From Camelus ferus (taxonomy: Eukaryota), in assembly GCF_009834535.1 (NCBI RefSeq), contig NC_045728.1:6200001-6264000 (forward strand): 64,000 bases of DNA, read 5' to 3'. The translations under genes and the position numbers were made by a program. The notes below the pieces were generated by a model, which saw only the letters and a list, made by a program, of their open reading frames with translations, did not search any database and was not told the DNA's origin. Below, in pieces: positions 61,616-64,000 of this stretch; position 1 is the first letter of the stretch; each line of letters begins with the position of its first letter.

Positions 61616-63779
61616 GCTCTTGATGCATCAGGAGAGTCCTGTGGTTGGAAAGGACAGAATGGTCATCTCGCTCAGAGAAACTCAGAAGCGCCAGCTGCAT
61701 CCTCGTGGCGCTGCAGGCTCTCTCAGCAAAGCCCCTGCTTTGTTTGATTAGTCTCGGACTTTGTAGACACTGATCATAGACTCAGGGATGCTCTCCAGCC
61801 TCAGCCTGGGAGCCTTGCTGTGCTGGTGACAGTGGAGCCTCTGAAGGGGTGTTTGGTGACCAAGGAAAGCAGGTGTAAATGGCGGCAGGTCACAGAAGTG
61901 GGTGAAGCAGGCAGGGTGTCAGGCCATGGGGGCAGCACCCATGTCTCGAGGGGGCAGTTGTTAACCCCAGCTGAGTTGCTGTGTGGGAACAGATTCTCTA
62001 ATTATTTCAGACAGTCAGGAAACCCAGATGTTTATGTGAAATCTCTGAGTATCTTGCCAACTAAATCAAATGTTTAAAAAACACTTGGGCAGCCAAGCAA
62101 ATCATATTTGCAGGTTGGACTTGGTCTGTAGGCTACCTGTTTGCCATCCGTGTTTGAAGAATGGGGTAGGAGTTTGGGGAGAGGTGCCATCGTGAAAGTT
62201 CTGGATCAGTGGTTGGCATTTTAGCTCCACGTAGTATCTGTCCTTTCTAGAGCAGGGGATGGCTTTGGTTAAGCTGTAAATGTGTGGTTGTGAGGGTGCC
62301 GCCATCTTTTGATCCTGGTTTTGGAAGCAAGCCTCCTATTCTTGGGTCTCAGGAAGGAGGTGCTGAGCTAAGTACCCCTCGGGAGGAGATGATCTCAGCC
62401 ACCCCGCTCAGTTGTCCAGCTAGCTCGCATCTTCTTTCTTTCAACAGTGCAATCTCACAGATGAATACACCTCACGTTACCTTGGGCTGAGCTGAGCAGA
62501 GTTAGAGTGACAGCCCGTTGGGGAACAGCTTTTATGTGCTCTCTCTCTGTTGATAACACAACCACCTCAGCCCCCTTCCCTGTTTCCAAGATGCCTGTTA
62601 CCATGCACGATGGATTTAACTTTAGTAGCACACATGATATCACTGTTTACCTAAAGCCTAACAGTGTTGGCTGTTGCTTCTACTTCTAGTAAACCACGCT
62701 TCTTGAGATAAAGGTGGAAGAATGTGATGTTCAGAAAATACTCATAGTTGACTTTGAATTGGGGAGATAATTGAAGAGGACCCCTGGTTTTGTGAGTGTT
62801 TGGAGAAATCCCAGGCACCCGGGAAAGTACTGCCAGGCACCAGGCAGGAGCCATGTCCGGACGCAGGGCGGACCTGGGCTGCAGGTGTCGGTGGTCGGAA
62901 CAGGTGGGACAGCCTGCAGGAGTCTTCTTGCAGCATTCACAGCTGCTGCGGCGGGCGGGGCGAGGAACGGTGCTCTTCCCTTTCCTGCCTGCGTTTTCTT
63001 AGTCCTGCCGGGTGAGGTAGCTGTCTTTAGTCATGAGGATGGTCTACGAGAACTCTCGCCCCAGGTCGCTGTGGCCTGGGGAGCTGGCCCGCAGGAGGCT
63101 GGAACGTGCCTGAGATGAAATACTGGCTAGAACCAGTGGCAAGACTGGATTTAATATTAAGTCATAGAATTAATAAGGAAAGAGTTTTTCAGTTCTTTTC
63201 TTAAAAGTTCCACATGTACATGATTTTTTTAAAAATCTAGAACTAAAAGGCTTATAATGAAAAACAGTGTCCCTTGCCCATTTGGGGCTTTTATTTTTAG
63301 CTCTCCCCAAATGCCCACTGAGAGCCTCTGGGACAAGCCAGTTGTATTTCGGGGGGTCAGAGGGTGGGCTCACCCCAGACAGCTCACCCGGCTGTCTGTA
63401 TAGGTGCCTCCCTCAGCTGGAGCCTTAGGGTCCTTTCAGACAAGTGGCCCTGAGATATTTCTGCTCACTTCCTCTGTGGTGCCCCGCTTGGCACACTCTC
63501 ACCTGCTATGATCCACAGTGGTGAGAATGGGGTTCTAATCAGGGTGATCACACTGTAGGCTGAAGCTCTTCTTTCCTGCTGTGGATTCACACTTACAGTC
63601 AATGAATCCTAAATACACAGGCGCCTGGACGGCAGTAACCAGGCTCAAAGTGCAGCTTGGAAGTAGAATGAATGGGTGCAGCTGACTGGGAACTGATGGA
63701 TGGGGTACATGGAGAGTCTCGGATGGCTCTCAGGGAGTCCAAGTGGTGGGACAGATGAGGTGGGTTGACAAAAAATGGG

Positions 63780-64000
63780 GGAAGAAGAGGCTTGGGGTGG
63801 CCTTGCCAGTCTGATGTAAGTGCCATTATACATCCACGCATCCAGGAGGGAGGCTGGAGGTCGCTCGTTACCCTGTGTTCCCAGAGTACTGCGAGCAAGC
63901 TTTTCCCAGCGTCATCATCCCACAGTGATGACAGAGCATCTTCATCCTTTCCTGGAACTACATCTGCCTCCTCCCAGCCCATGAGCTTCTTGAGGGCAGG
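63780..64000 (+). mobile_element. L2 3' fragment (runs off the window)
   Basis: catctgcctcctcccagcccatgagcttcttgagggcagg. Confidence 0.5.

Overview
Mammalian genomic DNA, most likely camelid, judging by two Vic-1-type tRNA-derived SINEs. It is orthologous to the human 11q24 block in reverse orientation. The order along the window is: CpG island with a probable non-coding first exon of TIRAP (-, assigned by synteny only); FOXRED1 (-, 11 coding exons, 486 aa); bidirectional CpG promoter; SRPRA (+, 14 exons, about 637 aa); FAM118B (-, 7 coding exons, 351 aa, SIR2-like); bidirectional CpG promoter; RPUSD4 (+, 7 exons, 376 aa). I resolved the exon boundaries by hand from GT-AG sites and reading frame. 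The one exception is the SRPRA exon 4 acceptor, which lies in an N-run. Introns contain L1, L2, MIR, hAT and camelid SINE remnants, and there are six N-runs of 140-181 nt. There is no prokaryotic-type system, CRISPR array or true tRNA/rRNA gene. The most interesting leads are: the SIR2-like NADase FAM118B lying about 15 kb from the TIR adaptor TIRAP; an apparent GT>AT donor loss plus new uATGs in the FAM118B 5'UTR exon; dense E-box/CLEAR and UPRE/CRE motif clusters in the two shared promoters; and self-complementary purine-pyrimidine microsatellites in FAM118B introns. Comparisons with human orthologues are from memory, not from an alignment. Repeat family names and boundaries are approximate.
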